Below are positions 16,024-27,081 of a DNA stretch of 39,307 bases, piece after piece. The notes beneath the pieces are model-generated. The model ran no database searches. It was not told where the DNA came from and worked only from the letters and a program-made list of their open reading frames with translations. The position numbers were made by a program, and so were the translations under genes. Location of the stretch: the IMG/VR virus record IMGVR_UViG_3300020712_000011, positions 1 to 39,307 of that record; one strand, given 5' to 3'. The DNA is from a virus (taxonomy: Duplodnaviria > Caudoviricetes). Each line of letters opens with the position of its first letter. Position 1 is the first letter of the stretch.

Positions 16024-17787
16024 ATGCTCGGTCCATCTATCGAAGAAATCTCGGCAATGCTTTTAGAACGCCAAGGTATTCGCGGTCCAGTTCTTAATGC
16101 AATGCGCGAATTGCGAGATACCTACAATGGCGATCTCGTTATTCCGCTACCCGAATTAGATAGGGTGGATAAGTCCTATGTTGCTAATCTGATTACAACA
16201 GGACTTGACCAATCGGCTATGCGTATTTCATCTACCATGCCAAGTGTTTTTTATCCTCCAGTTGAAGAAGGCAATCGCCCATCTGAGAAGAGAGCCAATA
16301 CTCGCATGCGAGCCACCCTTGGTTGGTGGGAAACAAACAATATGCAATTGAAGATGCGCCGTAGGGCAAGGCATTTAATTGGCTACGCATCTAGCCCAGT
16401 TGTTTTGCGCCCAGATAAAAAATGGGGTGCGGCTCGTTGGGATATTCGTGACCCACTTAATACCTTTCCTTCCGATGGTGGCGACCCAGACCAGATAACC
16501 CCAGACAATTGCATCTTCACCTACACGCGCTCTCGCACTTGGCTTAAAACTCGCTACCCCGATGCTGAATCTCGTTTGCGTAGAAATGAAAAAACTAAAG
16601 ATTCAGACATGATTAACATGGTTGAATACCATGATGGTGAAGTTATGGTTCTCCTTGCCAATTCATCTGTAAGTGCTTCACAATGGGACACCAAAATAAC
16701 TGGAACTCCTAGCGTTGAATTAGAACGCGTTGCCAATCGAACTGGTCTTTGCATGGTTGTTTCCCCTGGAAGAATTACTTTAGATCGCCCAATGGGTCAA
16801 TTTGATTCTTTAATCGGCATGTATGCCCTTCGCGCCAAGCTGACTGCCCTTGAAGTAACCGCCGTAGAGCGTGGCATCTTTCCAGATACCTACCTTATTT
16901 CGCGCCCTGGTGAAACTGCCAAGTTTATTGCAGGTCCTTATGATGGTCGTTCCGGTCAAGTGAATGTAGTTTCTGGTGGAGACATCCGCGAGATGACAAC
17001 TCAACCAAGCCCAGCAACTAATAACCTTATTAACACGATTGAACGCGCTGAACGCGTTGCTTCTGGTACTCCTGCCGAATTCGGTGGGGAATCTACATCA
17101 AACATCCGAACAGGAAAGCGCGGTGATTCGATTCTATCTGCGGTAGTTGATTTTCCTATTCAAGAATCACAGGAAATCCTTGCTGCTTCTTTACAAGAAG
17201 AAAACAAGCGAGCAATCGCTATTGCTAAAACTTATTTTGGCAATGAACGCAAATCGTTTTATGTATCTGCTCGTAACGCAAAAGGACATGTTGATTATGT
17301 CCCTAACAAAGATTTTGAAAACGATAACAACATTGTTGCCTATTCCCACTCTGGTTCAGACATTAACGGGCTTATCGTTGCATTAGGTCAGCGCGTAAGT
17401 ATTGGAATCATGTCAAAGCAAACTGCACAAGAAATTGACCCAATGATTGAAGATGCGGAAAAAGAAAAAGAACGCGTTATCGCAGAAGGTTTGGAGCAAT
17501 CGCTTTTGCAATCAATCCAAGCACAAGCCCAACAAGGCGCAATTCCACCAGCAGATGTAGCAGCAATTGATGTTGAGGTAAGAAAAGGCGCAACCCTTGG
17601 GGAAGCAGTAACGAAAGTTCACGAAGCGGCTCAAAAACGCCAAGCCACACCTGCTCCTGCTGGCGCACCTGAAACACAACCTGGTCTTGCACAACCCGGA
17701 CAAGGGGCAGAGCAACCTGCGCAAGGCGCACCTGCGCCACAAGATGTCGGTTCATTCTTGGCTTCACTTAGCAATGGAGGTAAGTAA
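16024..17787 (+). CDS. Portal protein
   Basis: 587 aa downstream of the terminase; helical; Q/P/A-rich tail typical of podoviral portals. Confidence 0.75.
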   Translation: MLGPSIEEISAMLLERQGIRGPVLNAMRELRDTYNGDLVIPLPELDRVDKSYVANLITTGLDQSAMRISSTMPSVFYPPVEEGNRPSEKRANTRMRATLGWWETNNMQLKMRRRARHLIGYASSPVVLRPDKKWGAARWDIRDPLNTFPSDGGDPDQITPDNCIFTYTRSRTWLKTRYPDAESRLRRNEKTKDSDMINMVEYHDGEVMVLLANSSVSASQWDTKITGTPSVELERVANRTGLCMVVSPGRITLDRPMGQFDSLIGMYALRAKLTALEVTAVERGIFPDTYLISRPGETAKFIAGPYDGRSGQVNVVSGGDIREMTTQPSPATNNLINTIERAERVASGTPAEFGGESTSNIRTGKRGDSILSAVVDFPIQESQEILAASLQEENKRAIAIAKTYFGNERKSFYVSARNAKGHVDYVPNKDFENDNNIVAYSHSGSDINGLIVALGQRVSIGIMSKQTAQEIDPMIEDAEKEKERVIAEGLEQSLLQSIQAQAQQGAIPPADVAAIDVEVRKGATLGEAVTKVHEAAQKRQATPAPAGAPETQPGLAQPGQGAEQPAQGAPAPQDVGSFLASLSNGGK

Positions 17788-18299
17788 TGCCACGCGGGGG
17801 AAAGCGTTCTGGCAAGGTTGGGGTTCAATACGCCAATCGTTCTGATTTGCGTGGAGCAAATGTAGTTTCAGCGCAACCCGTTAATACCGCTTTGTCAAAG
17901 TTGGCTAACACTACTGTTCCTGGACAACAGTACGGACAAGCCAAAGCACAACTCGATGCACAAAAAGCAGTTCCTATGGGTGGCGTACCTGCTCCACTTT
18001 CTTTACCAGCGCAACAAGCAGGGGTAAGCCAAGGCGCACCTCAAGGCTTGCCTTCCATGCCACCAGTCACACCTCTTTCTCAACCAACCGATCATGGGCT
18101 ACCAATCACAACAGGTATTCCAAATAGCCCTGGTGCTGGACCTGAAGCCATGATGCAAACTGTTCAAACTAGCCCAGCGCAACAAGCTCTGGCTCAATTA
18201 AATTCTTTGGGTAACAATGTGTCCCCACAAGTTGCTTTTGTGCGTAACTACCTTGCCATGCAAGCACAAAACCAATCCCCTCATGGAACGGCTATTTAA
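17787..18299 (+). CDS. Pro/Gln-rich virion-associated protein
   Basis: Coupled to the portal; low complexity. Confidence 0.6.
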   Translation: MPRGGKRSGKVGVQYANRSDLRGANVVSAQPVNTALSKLANTTVPGQQYGQAKAQLDAQKAVPMGGVPAPLSLPAQQAGVSQGAPQGLPSMPPVTPLSQPTDHGLPITTGIPNSPGAGPEAMMQTVQTSPAQQALAQLNSLGNNVSPQVAFVRNYLAMQAQNQSPHGTAI

Positions 18300-21200
18300 T
18301 TGGCTAATCAAACGCCACCAGTACCACCAGCATCCGCGCCTCAAGTTAATACTTACACACCTGCTGGCGATGGAATCTTAAATAACCCAAGTGCCACTTC
18401 ACTTGCCGATTTTATTAACAATGCCCATGCATCTGGATTTGGAAACATAGACCCAAATATCACAACAACCATTGGGCAATCAATGGGTAACAATAACGGG
18501 GCAAAAACTGTTTTAACAACTATTAAAAACGGATTAGCCGTACCCAATAAAACTTCGCAATACCTTTATGAGCCATCTGCCATGAATCCTACGCAGACAA
18601 TTAGCAAGGTAGTTCAAGACCACATCATCAATACTGGACTTCAAACTTTTCATGCTAGTTCAATTGCTCAACTTCAACAAAAGATTTCAGATGCCACTTT
18701 TAACGGCATTAAGGGTGGTTATTCCCCTGGGCTTCCTATCAATGGAGTTTGGAACAATGATTGGAACAATGCCCTTTATCAATACCATCAAGACCAAATA
18801 AATCAACCTGGCGTTGGAACCTTCAGCGCACGAAATACATTTAATACAATTTTTGGCGAATCGTGGTTGAGCCATGCAATCCCGCTTGTTGCCAGCGTTA
18901 TTAAATCTATTCCTGGAGATGTTCTTAAAGGCTTGGGTGATGGATACAAACTTACCGCCGATGCCTATACCGCACTTGAAAACTTTGTAGGCAATAGCCA
19001 AACTGGAAATGAAGCAAGGGCAACAACCACAGATATTGCAAATCATTTAGCAAACGCTGGAAGAATTGCCGAAGGACAAAAAACCCTTACCAATGTCGAA
19101 TACGCAAATCAAAGCAACGCAGAAAGTTTGCTTAACATTGCATCTGCGGCTATGGCTCTTTCAAGCATCGGCAAATTGGGCGAAGGCGCAGTTGGGGCAG
19201 TTAAAGGTGGCATCGCGGTTGGCAAAGAAGCTGGGGCAACTAACGCTGCCAAAGCCCTTGTTACCGACATCGGCCCACAAAAGCCAGAAGGTATTGCCAA
19301 CTGGATTATGAACTCAGTATTGCCTGAAACCGCTACTGGCAATCGCCTTGCTTTTACCAAATGGCTTCACAATGTCCCAGCCACTAAAGGTTTAGTTAAT
19401 GGCTTAGATAAAGCCGCAACTGAAGGACATAAGGCTTACACGACCCTTCGTTCTGTCGCCGCAACCCCTTATCGCCTCCCAGTAGTAGGAATCGCTGGCA
19501 AGATAGCGCAAGATACTTCCGTTGCTGGAATTAAACTTGGGCTTCAAGGTCATGCCGAAAATTGGATGGGCGACCCTAACGGAACTGCCGCCTATTCACT
19601 CGACCACTTAACTCCCATTGCTGGCAATCTTGGAAACGCACTTAACATTATTCAATTGGGGGCGCATGCTCCAGCATGGAACGCTGGCGGTCCTTCGTTT
19701 GAAGTTGGTCAAAAAATAGCCAATATTCATCAACAACTTTCTGATGCGCTCAATAGCACAGGGGTTATTTCTGGTTATGAACGCGGTACTGGGGCTAATT
19801 TCCTTGATGAAGTCAATAAACTTAAAAATGCTGGCATTGAAGATGCTTACGCAGTTCGCTCCCAACAACTTTCTAGCAAATATCTTGATAATGCCGCAGC
19901 GCACTCAGCGCAATCAGTTACCAATACGGCAATTCAAAAAGGTTTAATTGATGGAATTAACGCCGACCAACGCCTTCGTTATTTACAAAATGCACAATCG
20001 GCTATTCGCAATAACCCAAGCCTTCTTCAAGAAGCGTTACAAAGTTATGCGGCAAAGCCTATGCAATGGGAAACCGACTTAGCAAAGGAAATGCAAGTTT
20101 CCCAAGAAGATGCCCGCACCGCACTTGGTCATGGACTTGAAAACCTTACCCAAGCGCAATTGCTTTTCAAACAACATGTTTTGCCTAACCTTTCTAAATT
20201 TACTACCCCAGCCAGCCTTGCTGGTGAAGATACATCATGGATGTCGGTTGATTCCCCAGCGATACCCGAAGATGCCGTATCTAAGTTAATGTCCCCAGAG
20301 GATATTGCCAAAGCAAATAAAGAATCTGCCACACCTATCGCATCTAATCAAATAAAGCGTATCCAAGCTCTTTTGCGCGATAAGGGAATTACAGATAAAG
20401 AATCACGCATTGCTTATCTCAATAAGTTTTTACAACGCACAGACATTACCTCAACTAAGAATCTTAATAGCGGTGAAGCAGATCGCCTTATTAAGAGTTT
20501 AGTTCCCAAATCACCAACCTTGCGTGATGCTCAAAATGCCTCACTTTCTGATGCCGCACTTCCATCTCATTTTGGTCTTTCAAGAATTGAATCTCTCCAT
20601 GCGCCTCAGGTACAAGCATTGGCTACAAAATACTTTGCTGAACTTGAAAAAGCAAAGCCCGGATTTAAGGCTCCCGAAACCTTAGATAACCTAGAACCTA
20701 CCAGCGGTGATAATTTTGGTGCAAATGCTCAAGCATCCGTACTTCCCAAAACATTTGACCCTAAAACCGCCACAACCGCTGAATTAAAACTTCGTGTTAA
20801 TGTTGAAAAAATTTTAGGCACAGAACTTGGTCGCAATATTAGAGATTTGCAATATGTACCAACACAAGACCTTATTAAGTTAATGGTAGAAAAATCTACT
20901 TGGCTTGCTTCAGATGCCCACCTTCCTGCCGATGGCTCCCTTGATGAAGTAAACAAAATGATTAACGACCTCGGTTACAAGATTAACTATGGAACAGATG
21001 TCGGTCATAACTGGACAGACCCAACTCTTTCTAGTGACTTACTCGGCGAAAGCCGTAATGATTTTCAAAAACTTGCGGATAAACTGGGACTTAACTTGGC
21101 TCAATCTGACCCATCTTTAGCCGCGCAAGCTGGGCGTACCGCCGCAAATAAAACCCTTCAAAACGCAATTACAAAAATTATTGCTAAGGGAAATAACAAT

Positions 21201-23618
21201 TTACCACCTTGGGCTACTGGCTCACGCCTTATGTCTTACGCCCAAGACATTATTAAGCCAACCGTTAGCGGTCCGGCAAAGTATTACATGGACTTGATGA
21301 ATAGTCCTTTGGGTAAAGCCGCATCCCTTCGCATTGGCGTAGGAAGCGTATGGAGCAAGGAAGTTAATAAGTTAATTGGAACCACAGTTAAAAATCTTGA
21401 TGGTTCCGATTGGACATTGGCTACTAAAGACCAAGCCGCCGAATACATCAAAACCACAATCGCTTCAGCCAATACCCCACAAACTTGGTTGAAGAAAGAC
21501 TGGATGACCGCCATGACCGCCAAAGGCGATGATCGCGGAATGATTCTTAATAACAAAGGCTTTGAAACACAAGCCGTTGGACTTAGCACAAAAGAAGCAA
21601 GCGACCTTTGGTATGCCATGCAAAAGGGTTTGCGTTCAACCCCGCATTACATCAATGGCATTAACCCCCTTAGCCGTTTAATGAATTCTTCATTTGGGCT
21701 TGCCAATGTTCCACTCTCCGTTAATGGTCATAGAATTCTTGACCTTACTGGCAAAATTCAACCAGCACTTATCAACGCCCGTTACTCATATTCACCACTT
21801 CAAGCGTGGCTTCGCGTTGCCAAATCAGCCGTTAAGGGTGTCAATGAGTCAATGCCGATTTCCTACAACCCAGCCGCATCTCTCAAGGAACTTGGGGCAA
21901 AGGTGGAAGCCGATGCTTATGCTTTGGCAGATAAAGTTTATGGCACAGATAAAAACGCTCAAGAAGTAGCAGATTTTACAAACAAAGAATTTGATTCCAA
22001 AGACCTTGCCAATATTTACAACCCACGCGCCACCCTTGCTCGCACAGTTCACTATGTAGCGCAGAACATGAAAGAGGAAAGACTTAATTGGGCTTCGGAA
22101 AATCCCGAACCTTCTTTCTTAAAACTTAAAATAGAAACTCCATCAGAAGGAATTAAAACAAAACAAGGTAATTCTACAAATAATTACAAAATTTCTTTTG
22201 TTCATAAAAAAGATGGTGAAGAAGTCGCTTCTTTAATGTGGAACAAAAATACAGGCGAAATACAAATGATTCATACCGACCCTAATTTTAGAGAAATGGG
22301 TTTAGCAAAAAGTATGTTGTATAGCGCAATAAAAGTGGCAAAAGAAAAAAAGATACAACCTCCTGTACATTCATCTCTTTTGACTGACATGGGAAAAAAA
22401 TGGTCGGCACAATTTCCTACTGATTCTTATACTCAATTTAACGATGCGGAACTCGCCGAACTCAAGGCTCGCGTAGATGCCATTAACAATTACGGAAATC
22501 GCACCGCAGCCGAAAAATCCGTTAATGCTTTCTTTTTCCCATTTTCATTTGAAAAGACCGTTGCCCGTGAACTTGGTGGCGCACTTTTAGATAACCCATC
22601 ACTTCGTATGATGACTGCTACTGCTATCGCTGCCTACAATTCATCTGACGGGCAAAAGACAAAGGCTTGGATGGAAGCCAATTTGCCATTGTTCAAAGAA
22701 GCTGAGAAATTAAATCCTTACTATCATGGTGTTGGCCCAGGCGGTTTCGGTGGAATTAACAAAACCCCATATTCGGTTGCCGAGCAATTTTTATACGGTG
22801 GGAAAACCAGCACAAGTCTTAACGGGGTATCTGATGCCGATAAGTTAAGTCTATTTGTTCACATGCTCATGCCAAAGCCAATTACTACCAAGGCTTCGGC
22901 TACCGCCATGCTTGCCCTTGTTCCAGCATTGAAAGATTTATCTACCAATGTCATTGGCTACAACCCTTCTTCCAACGCACCTGCCAATTGGGGTGGCGCA
23001 CTTAAAGATTCAGCCAAAACTTTATGGTGGGAAGCAGGAAGCGCAATTACCAAACTTTCACATGGTCAAATCTTTGGTCACGCCAATACCGACAATTGGC
23101 AAAACCAAGGTCATCTGCCTTACCAAGAACAACAGACAAAGGCTTGGGATTTGCGTTCCAAGATCATCACCTACGCTTCCCAAGCGTTAGATGCCAACCG
23201 TCATGGTGGGCAATTCGCATGGCCTGATACATTCCCAGCAGGTTTCGCTGGTCAAAAAGTAGATATGACAAGCCTTAATAATCTTGTTCACCATGTCTAT
23301 CCAGCCTATGACCCATCTAAAGCCTTTACTGCAGTAGCAAATAAAACAACTGCTATTTCAGAAGAACGCGTGGCAATTGCCAGCAACAAGACTCCTGGCA
23401 TCTTGCCGTATTTCAACGCCTTCGTAACTCAAAGTGATAAACTTCAAGCGTATATTCAAAAGAATTCACTTAGCCCAAATTTCGACCCAGCCCCAATTGC
23501 TCCATACATGGATGAATTGCGACAAGCCGCCGCAAAGTTGGCATCACGCGATGCTACTTTCCCAACTTTCTATGCCAAGTATTACGCTTCTAAATATGGT
23601 CCATTGAAAGGATTATGA
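18300..23618 (+). CDS. Large internal virion (ejection) protein with PG-binding-like and GNAT-like segments
   Basis: 1772 aa, Ala-rich; position between portal and scaffold. Confidence 0.6.
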   Translation: MANQTPPVPPASAPQVNTYTPAGDGILNNPSATSLADFINNAHASGFGNIDPNITTTIGQSMGNNNGAKTVLTTIKNGLAVPNKTSQYLYEPSAMNPTQTISKVVQDHIINTGLQTFHASSIAQLQQKISDATFNGIKGGYSPGLPINGVWNNDWNNALYQYHQDQINQPGVGTFSARNTFNTIFGESWLSHAIPLVASVIKSIPGDVLKGLGDGYKLTADAYTALENFVGNSQTGNEARATTTDIANHLANAGRIAEGQKTLTNVEYANQSNAESLLNIASAAMALSSIGKLGEGAVGAVKGGIAVGKEAGATNAAKALVTDIGPQKPEGIANWIMNSVLPETATGNRLAFTKWLHNVPATKGLVNGLDKAATEGHKAYTTLRSVAATPYRLPVVGIAGKIAQDTSVAGIKLGLQGHAENWMGDPNGTAAYSLDHLTPIAGNLGNALNIIQLGAHAPAWNAGGPSFEVGQKIANIHQQLSDALNSTGVISGYERGTGANFLDEVNKLKNAGIEDAYAVRSQQLSSKYLDNAAAHSAQSVTNTAIQKGLIDGINADQRLRYLQNAQSAIRNNPSLLQEALQSYAAKPMQWETDLAKEMQVSQEDARTALGHGLENLTQAQLLFKQHVLPNLSKFTTPASLAGEDTSWMSVDSPAIPEDAVSKLMSPEDIAKANKESATPIASNQIKRIQALLRDKGITDKESRIAYLNKFLQRTDITSTKNLNSGEADRLIKSLVPKSPTLRDAQNASLSDAALPSHFGLSRIESLHAPQVQALATKYFAELEKAKPGFKAPETLDNLEPTSGDNFGANAQASVLPKTFDPKTATTAELKLRVNVEKILGTELGRNIRDLQYVPTQDLIKLMVEKSTWLASDAHLPADGSLDEVNKMINDLGYKINYGTDVGHNWTDPTLSSDLLGESRNDFQKLADKLGLNLAQSDPSLAAQAGRTAANKTLQNAITKIIAKGNNNLPPWATGSRLMSYAQDIIKPTVSGPAKYYMDLMNSPLGKAASLRIGVGSVWSKEVNKLIGTTVKNLDGSDWTLATKDQAAEYIKTTIASANTPQTWLKKDWMTAMTAKGDDRGMILNNKGFETQAVGLSTKEASDLWYAMQKGLRSTPHYINGINPLSRLMNSSFGLANVPLSVNGHRILDLTGKIQPALINARYSYSPLQAWLRVAKSAVKGVNESMPISYNPAASLKELGAKVEADAYALADKVYGTDKNAQEVADFTNKEFDSKDLANIYNPRATLARTVHYVAQNMKEERLNWASENPEPSFLKLKIETPSEGIKTKQGNSTNNYKISFVHKKDGEEVASLMWNKNTGEIQMIHTDPNFREMGLAKSMLYSAIKVAKEKKIQPPVHSSLLTDMGKKWSAQFPTDSYTQFNDAELAELKARVDAINNYGNRTAAEKSVNAFFFPFSFEKTVARELGGALLDNPSLRMMTATAIAAYNSSDGQKTKAWMEANLPLFKEAEKLNPYYHGVGPGGFGGINKTPYSVAEQFLYGGKTSTSLNGVSDADKLSLFVHMLMPKPITTKASATAMLALVPALKDLSTNVIGYNPSSNAPANWGGALKDSAKTLWWEAGSAITKLSHGQIFGHANTDNWQNQGHLPYQEQQTKAWDLRSKIITYASQALDANRHGGQFAWPDTFPAGFAGQKVDMTSLNNLVHHVYPAYDPSKAFTAVANKTTAISEERVAIASNKTPGILPYFNAFVTQSDKLQAYIQKNSLSPNFDPAPIAPYMDELRQAAAKLASRDATFPTFYAKYYASKYGPLKGL

Positions 23619-24490
23619 TGCCTAAAACTCCTAAGTCAGGTGGTTCAGGAACTCCCGATGCGGGATTGGCTGGTGGCTTTACCACCCTTCCTGGAACTTC
23701 AACCGCCGACCCTACGGGCTGGACTGCCGCATCCAAGGCAGAACTTGATACGACTGGACTCAACATTCCTGGGCTTTCGGGCAAAGCCACAGGAGCGCAA
23801 ATTTTTGCGGCTCTTGAATCTGCTGCAAAAACTAATGCTGGAAGAGGAAAGATTTGGGGCGCAATTCGCCCACTTATCGCAGTTGGCAACTCTTATACCA
23901 AGGCACAGGCTCACGCAAATTGGTCATCTGCCGATGTCACCGCACTTCAAAAATACATTGCAGCTTGGAATAACTACAACACCACCAACCCATCTACCCC
24001 TGCAACCCTTGGCTCATGGGTCAATCTGACCAAAAATACGACTGCCACTACTGGTGCTTCCGTTGGTCAAACTCTCAACTTGGTCACAACTACCCCAGTT
24101 AGCGTTCCAGCCCAAGCCGATTTAACTTCGGTTGCCCAACAAGCCTTCGCCTCAACCCTTGGTCGCTCTGCTTCCCCCAAAGAAGCCGCCGACTTTGCCA
24201 AGAAATATCAGGAACTTATTCTCTCCTATGGCTCTTCCAAAGATTTGGCTAAGGTTTCACAGTCGTTCCAAGCCCCAAGTAGCCCTATTCAGTTCCAGCA
24301 AAGCGGTCAAGCCCCTCAATCGGGTGCGCCTATTCCAAGTATGACTTCTGGCGTTAATGCCGTCACAGCCCCTCCTACGGCTTCTGTTGCGGCTTCTAAC
24401 TACGCCGCCCAGACCAACCCAACCGAAGCATCGGCTCAAGCCGCTTCAGATGGCCTTAATCAGTTCATGTCCATGTTGAAGGGCGCATAA
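23615..24490 (+). CDS. Putative internal virion protein
   Basis: Ala/Ser/Thr-rich; LGRSAS..EA motif; context. Confidence 0.5.
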   Translation: MMPKTPKSGGSGTPDAGLAGGFTTLPGTSTADPTGWTAASKAELDTTGLNIPGLSGKATGAQIFAALESAAKTNAGRGKIWGAIRPLIAVGNSYTKAQAHANWSSADVTALQKYIAAWNNYNTTNPSTPATLGSWVNLTKNTTATTGASVGQTLNLVTTTPVSVPAQADLTSVAQQAFASTLGRSASPKEAADFAKKYQELILSYGSSKDLAKVSQSFQAPSSPIQFQQSGQAPQSGAPIPSMTSGVNAVTAPPTASVAASNYAAQTNPTEASAQAASDGLNQFMSMLKGA

Positions 24491-25561
24491 ATGGCAACCC
24501 GTATTAACTCACCAAAACCTAAAGTCCCTACGGGTACTGGCATAATTTCGGCTAAAACTATCGCCGGCGTTGTCCCTCGAACCAATTTTGACCAAGCAAC
24601 GCAAGATTTCCTTAATCAAAACTTTGGCTCAGTTGCGGCTTGGTATAACACCGCAAATATCGGAGACGTTCTCAAAGCAGCCTTGGTTGCTGGCAAAGGT
24701 GGAACCGCCCTTCAAGGTGAGGCTTACGCTGACTTTATCCGTACCCATGCGGCAGATGCCAACGGCGATGTTATCTATGACCCTAAAAACTCTTGGTGGA
24801 ACAACAACGCTAAAACAATCCGCGATGCTCAAGCCCAAAAAATTACAGACCCAGCCACTTACAATGCTGGAGTCAATGGAGTTCTTACTTCTTCGGTTAA
24901 TCCTGTAGCCACAGAACTTGGAATCCAACTTAGCCCAGATGCTCTTAATTCTGTTGCCGAACAAGCCTACATAAATGGCTGGACTTCAACTGACCAGATT
25001 AAAGCCGCGCTGGTTAGCCAATATCATTACAATCCACTTGCTACTGCTACCCAAGGCGGAACTCTTGGCAAGACTATTGCCGACCTTTCCGCCATTGCTA
25101 GTAACTATGGAATCCCACTTCCTAAAGACCCAATGCAAATTGAAAGTTTCATTAAGCAAATTGTTGCCCCTGGAAATCAGAATCCAGCTCTCGGTGGCAA
25201 TGCTGAAGAAATCTTTACTGAATACGCTAAAAACCAAGCGAAGGCTTTGTATCCTTGGATGTCAAGTGCCATTGATAACGGCATCAGCGTTAAGTCCTAT
25301 CTCACACCTTATCAAACGCAGATTGCTAACACCCTTGATATTTCCCCAGATTCGATTAACTGGCAAGACCCTAAGTGGCAAGGTTTAATCAATATTCCAG
25401 ACCCAACCAAGCCCGGTCAAACCACCCAAGCCAACATGACTCAAGTAATGAAAACCATTAAGACAGACCCTCAATACGGGTGGAATTACACCAACGCGGC
25501 TAAAACACAAGCCTCAGACTTTGCAAGCCAACTTAAGACTATGTTCGGATTACAGGGGTAA
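24491..25561 (+). CDS. Putative internal virion protein
   Basis: Context and composition. Confidence 0.5.
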   Translation: MATRINSPKPKVPTGTGIISAKTIAGVVPRTNFDQATQDFLNQNFGSVAAWYNTANIGDVLKAALVAGKGGTALQGEAYADFIRTHAADANGDVIYDPKNSWWNNNAKTIRDAQAQKITDPATYNAGVNGVLTSSVNPVATELGIQLSPDALNSVAEQAYINGWTSTDQIKAALVSQYHYNPLATATQGGTLGKTIADLSAIASNYGIPLPKDPMQIESFIKQIVAPGNQNPALGGNAEEIFTEYAKNQAKALYPWMSSAIDNGISVKSYLTPYQTQIANTLDISPDSINWQDPKWQGLINIPDPTKPGQTTQANMTQVMKTIKTDPQYGWNYTNAAKTQASDFASQLKTMFGLQG

Positions 25562-25564
25562 ATC

Positions 25565-26830
25565 ATGGGAACTAAAACGAAATCTACCGCAACCCCTCCT
25601 TCCATTGCTCAATTAGCGGCTAACCAAGCAACCATTCTTGCTAATGCCACAAAAGGCGCGGCGGCGGCTAAAGCGCAACTTGCCTCGGCTCAAGCAGATC
25701 AAGCCAGTCAGATTGCTTCCAATACTGCTCTCGCGGCGCAAACAGGGGGAACCGTCAATCCTGCTACTGGCCACATCACGCCAAAGGCGGTTAGTCCTGC
25801 TCCAGTAAATCCAGTAAATCCTTTGGCTAAGGGAACAGTTGTCGGAACTCCCCAAGTTATTAAAAATGCAGATGGAACTATCACCACAGTTACCACAGTC
25901 GCAGATGGCAATGGTGGATTTACGAGTTCGCAAACAACTTCTGGAACACCAACATTTACCCCTTCAGCAAGTGATGAATCTGCTATCGGGGCAATTACAG
26001 ATGTATTAGGTTCTGCTGGTCTTGGTTCAGTTGCTCAAACCGCATGGGCGCAATTGAACTCTGGAGTTCCAGCCTCTCAAATCATTTCAGATATTCGATC
26101 AGGAAATCCGATTTACGGAAACGCTTATGCTCAACGCTTTCCTGGCATGGCGGCTCTTGCGGCTAAAGGTCAAGCAATCAATGAAGGTACATATATCAGT
26201 CTTGAAAAAAGTTACACAGAGGTATTGAAATCTGCTGGTATCCCTAGCGGAACTTTTGATACAACCGCCTATATGGGAAATTTGATTGCTAATAACATCA
26301 ACCCAACAGACCTTCAATCCCGTGTAACGGCAGCCCAAAATAGCGTTCTTTCTCTTGACCCAAATATTCGTCAATACGCTTTGGACACCTACGGACTTGA
26401 TTCAGGTCATCTTGCGGCATGGGCATTAGACCCAAGCCAAGCCTTGCCAAAAATCCAACAACAGGCTCAAGCCATGCAAATCGGTGGCGCGGCTCTCCAG
26501 CAAGGATTTAATGGCGCAGGAGCCAACGGGGAACTTACTACTGCCCAAGCTGAAGCACTTGCTAACCAAGGTATTAGCCAATCTCAGGCGCAAGCAGGGT
26601 TTAGCAACTTGGCTCAAGAAACCCAATTTGAAACCCAGTTACCTGGAGATGTGGCAACCGCCCTTAGCAACCAACAACTTATTAACAGTCAATTCAAGTC
26701 CAACGGTTCAGATGTTCTTGCCTTCCAGCACCTTCAACAACAGAAGGTTAATGAGTTCAACCAAGGCGGAGCAATTGCGGCTGATTCAAGCGGAGTTAAG
26801 GGAATTGGCGCAAGCAATCTAACTGCTTAG
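25565..26830 (+). CDS. Putative internal virion protein
   Basis: Ala/Gln-rich; context. Confidence 0.5.
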   Translation: MGTKTKSTATPPSIAQLAANQATILANATKGAAAAKAQLASAQADQASQIASNTALAAQTGGTVNPATGHITPKAVSPAPVNPVNPLAKGTVVGTPQVIKNADGTITTVTTVADGNGGFTSSQTTSGTPTFTPSASDESAIGAITDVLGSAGLGSVAQTAWAQLNSGVPASQIISDIRSGNPIYGNAYAQRFPGMAALAAKGQAINEGTYISLEKSYTEVLKSAGIPSGTFDTTAYMGNLIANNINPTDLQSRVTAAQNSVLSLDPNIRQYALDTYGLDSGHLAAWALDPSQALPKIQQQAQAMQIGGAALQQGFNGAGANGELTTAQAEALANQGISQSQAQAGFSNLAQETQFETQLPGDVATALSNQQLINSQFKSNGSDVLAFQHLQQQKVNEFNQGGAIAADSSGVKGIGASNLTA

Positions 26831-26833
26831 GTT

Positions 26834-26862
26834 TAGACAAAAGAACGCGTTATGTGTATTCT
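26834..26862 (+). promoter_or_regulatory. Promoter for scaffold/capsid genes
   Basis: TAGACA-17-TATTCT with a TG extension. Confidence 0.5.
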
Positions 26863-27081
26863 TTAATTGCGCTCCTGAAAAGTTCTAAGTCTATTCCTCG
26901 TCTAGTTAGAGCCACCAAGAGGAATCGCGGCTCCGTTCGCCGCTATAACAATGAATGAGGCAATGAGGGCTTGCCCCGCGTATTGGTTAAGCGGTGTCAG
27001 GTTCGGTTACGACCACCTTAAACACTAACCCTGCCTAAGTGCTTTCCTAGTAACTTAGCGATACAGAATTGGAAAACAATC

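Noticed and set aside
18300-23618. Tape measure protein
   Set aside because: It lies upstream of scaffold and capsid, and no tail tube or tail chaperone genes are recognisable; better explained as an ejection protein
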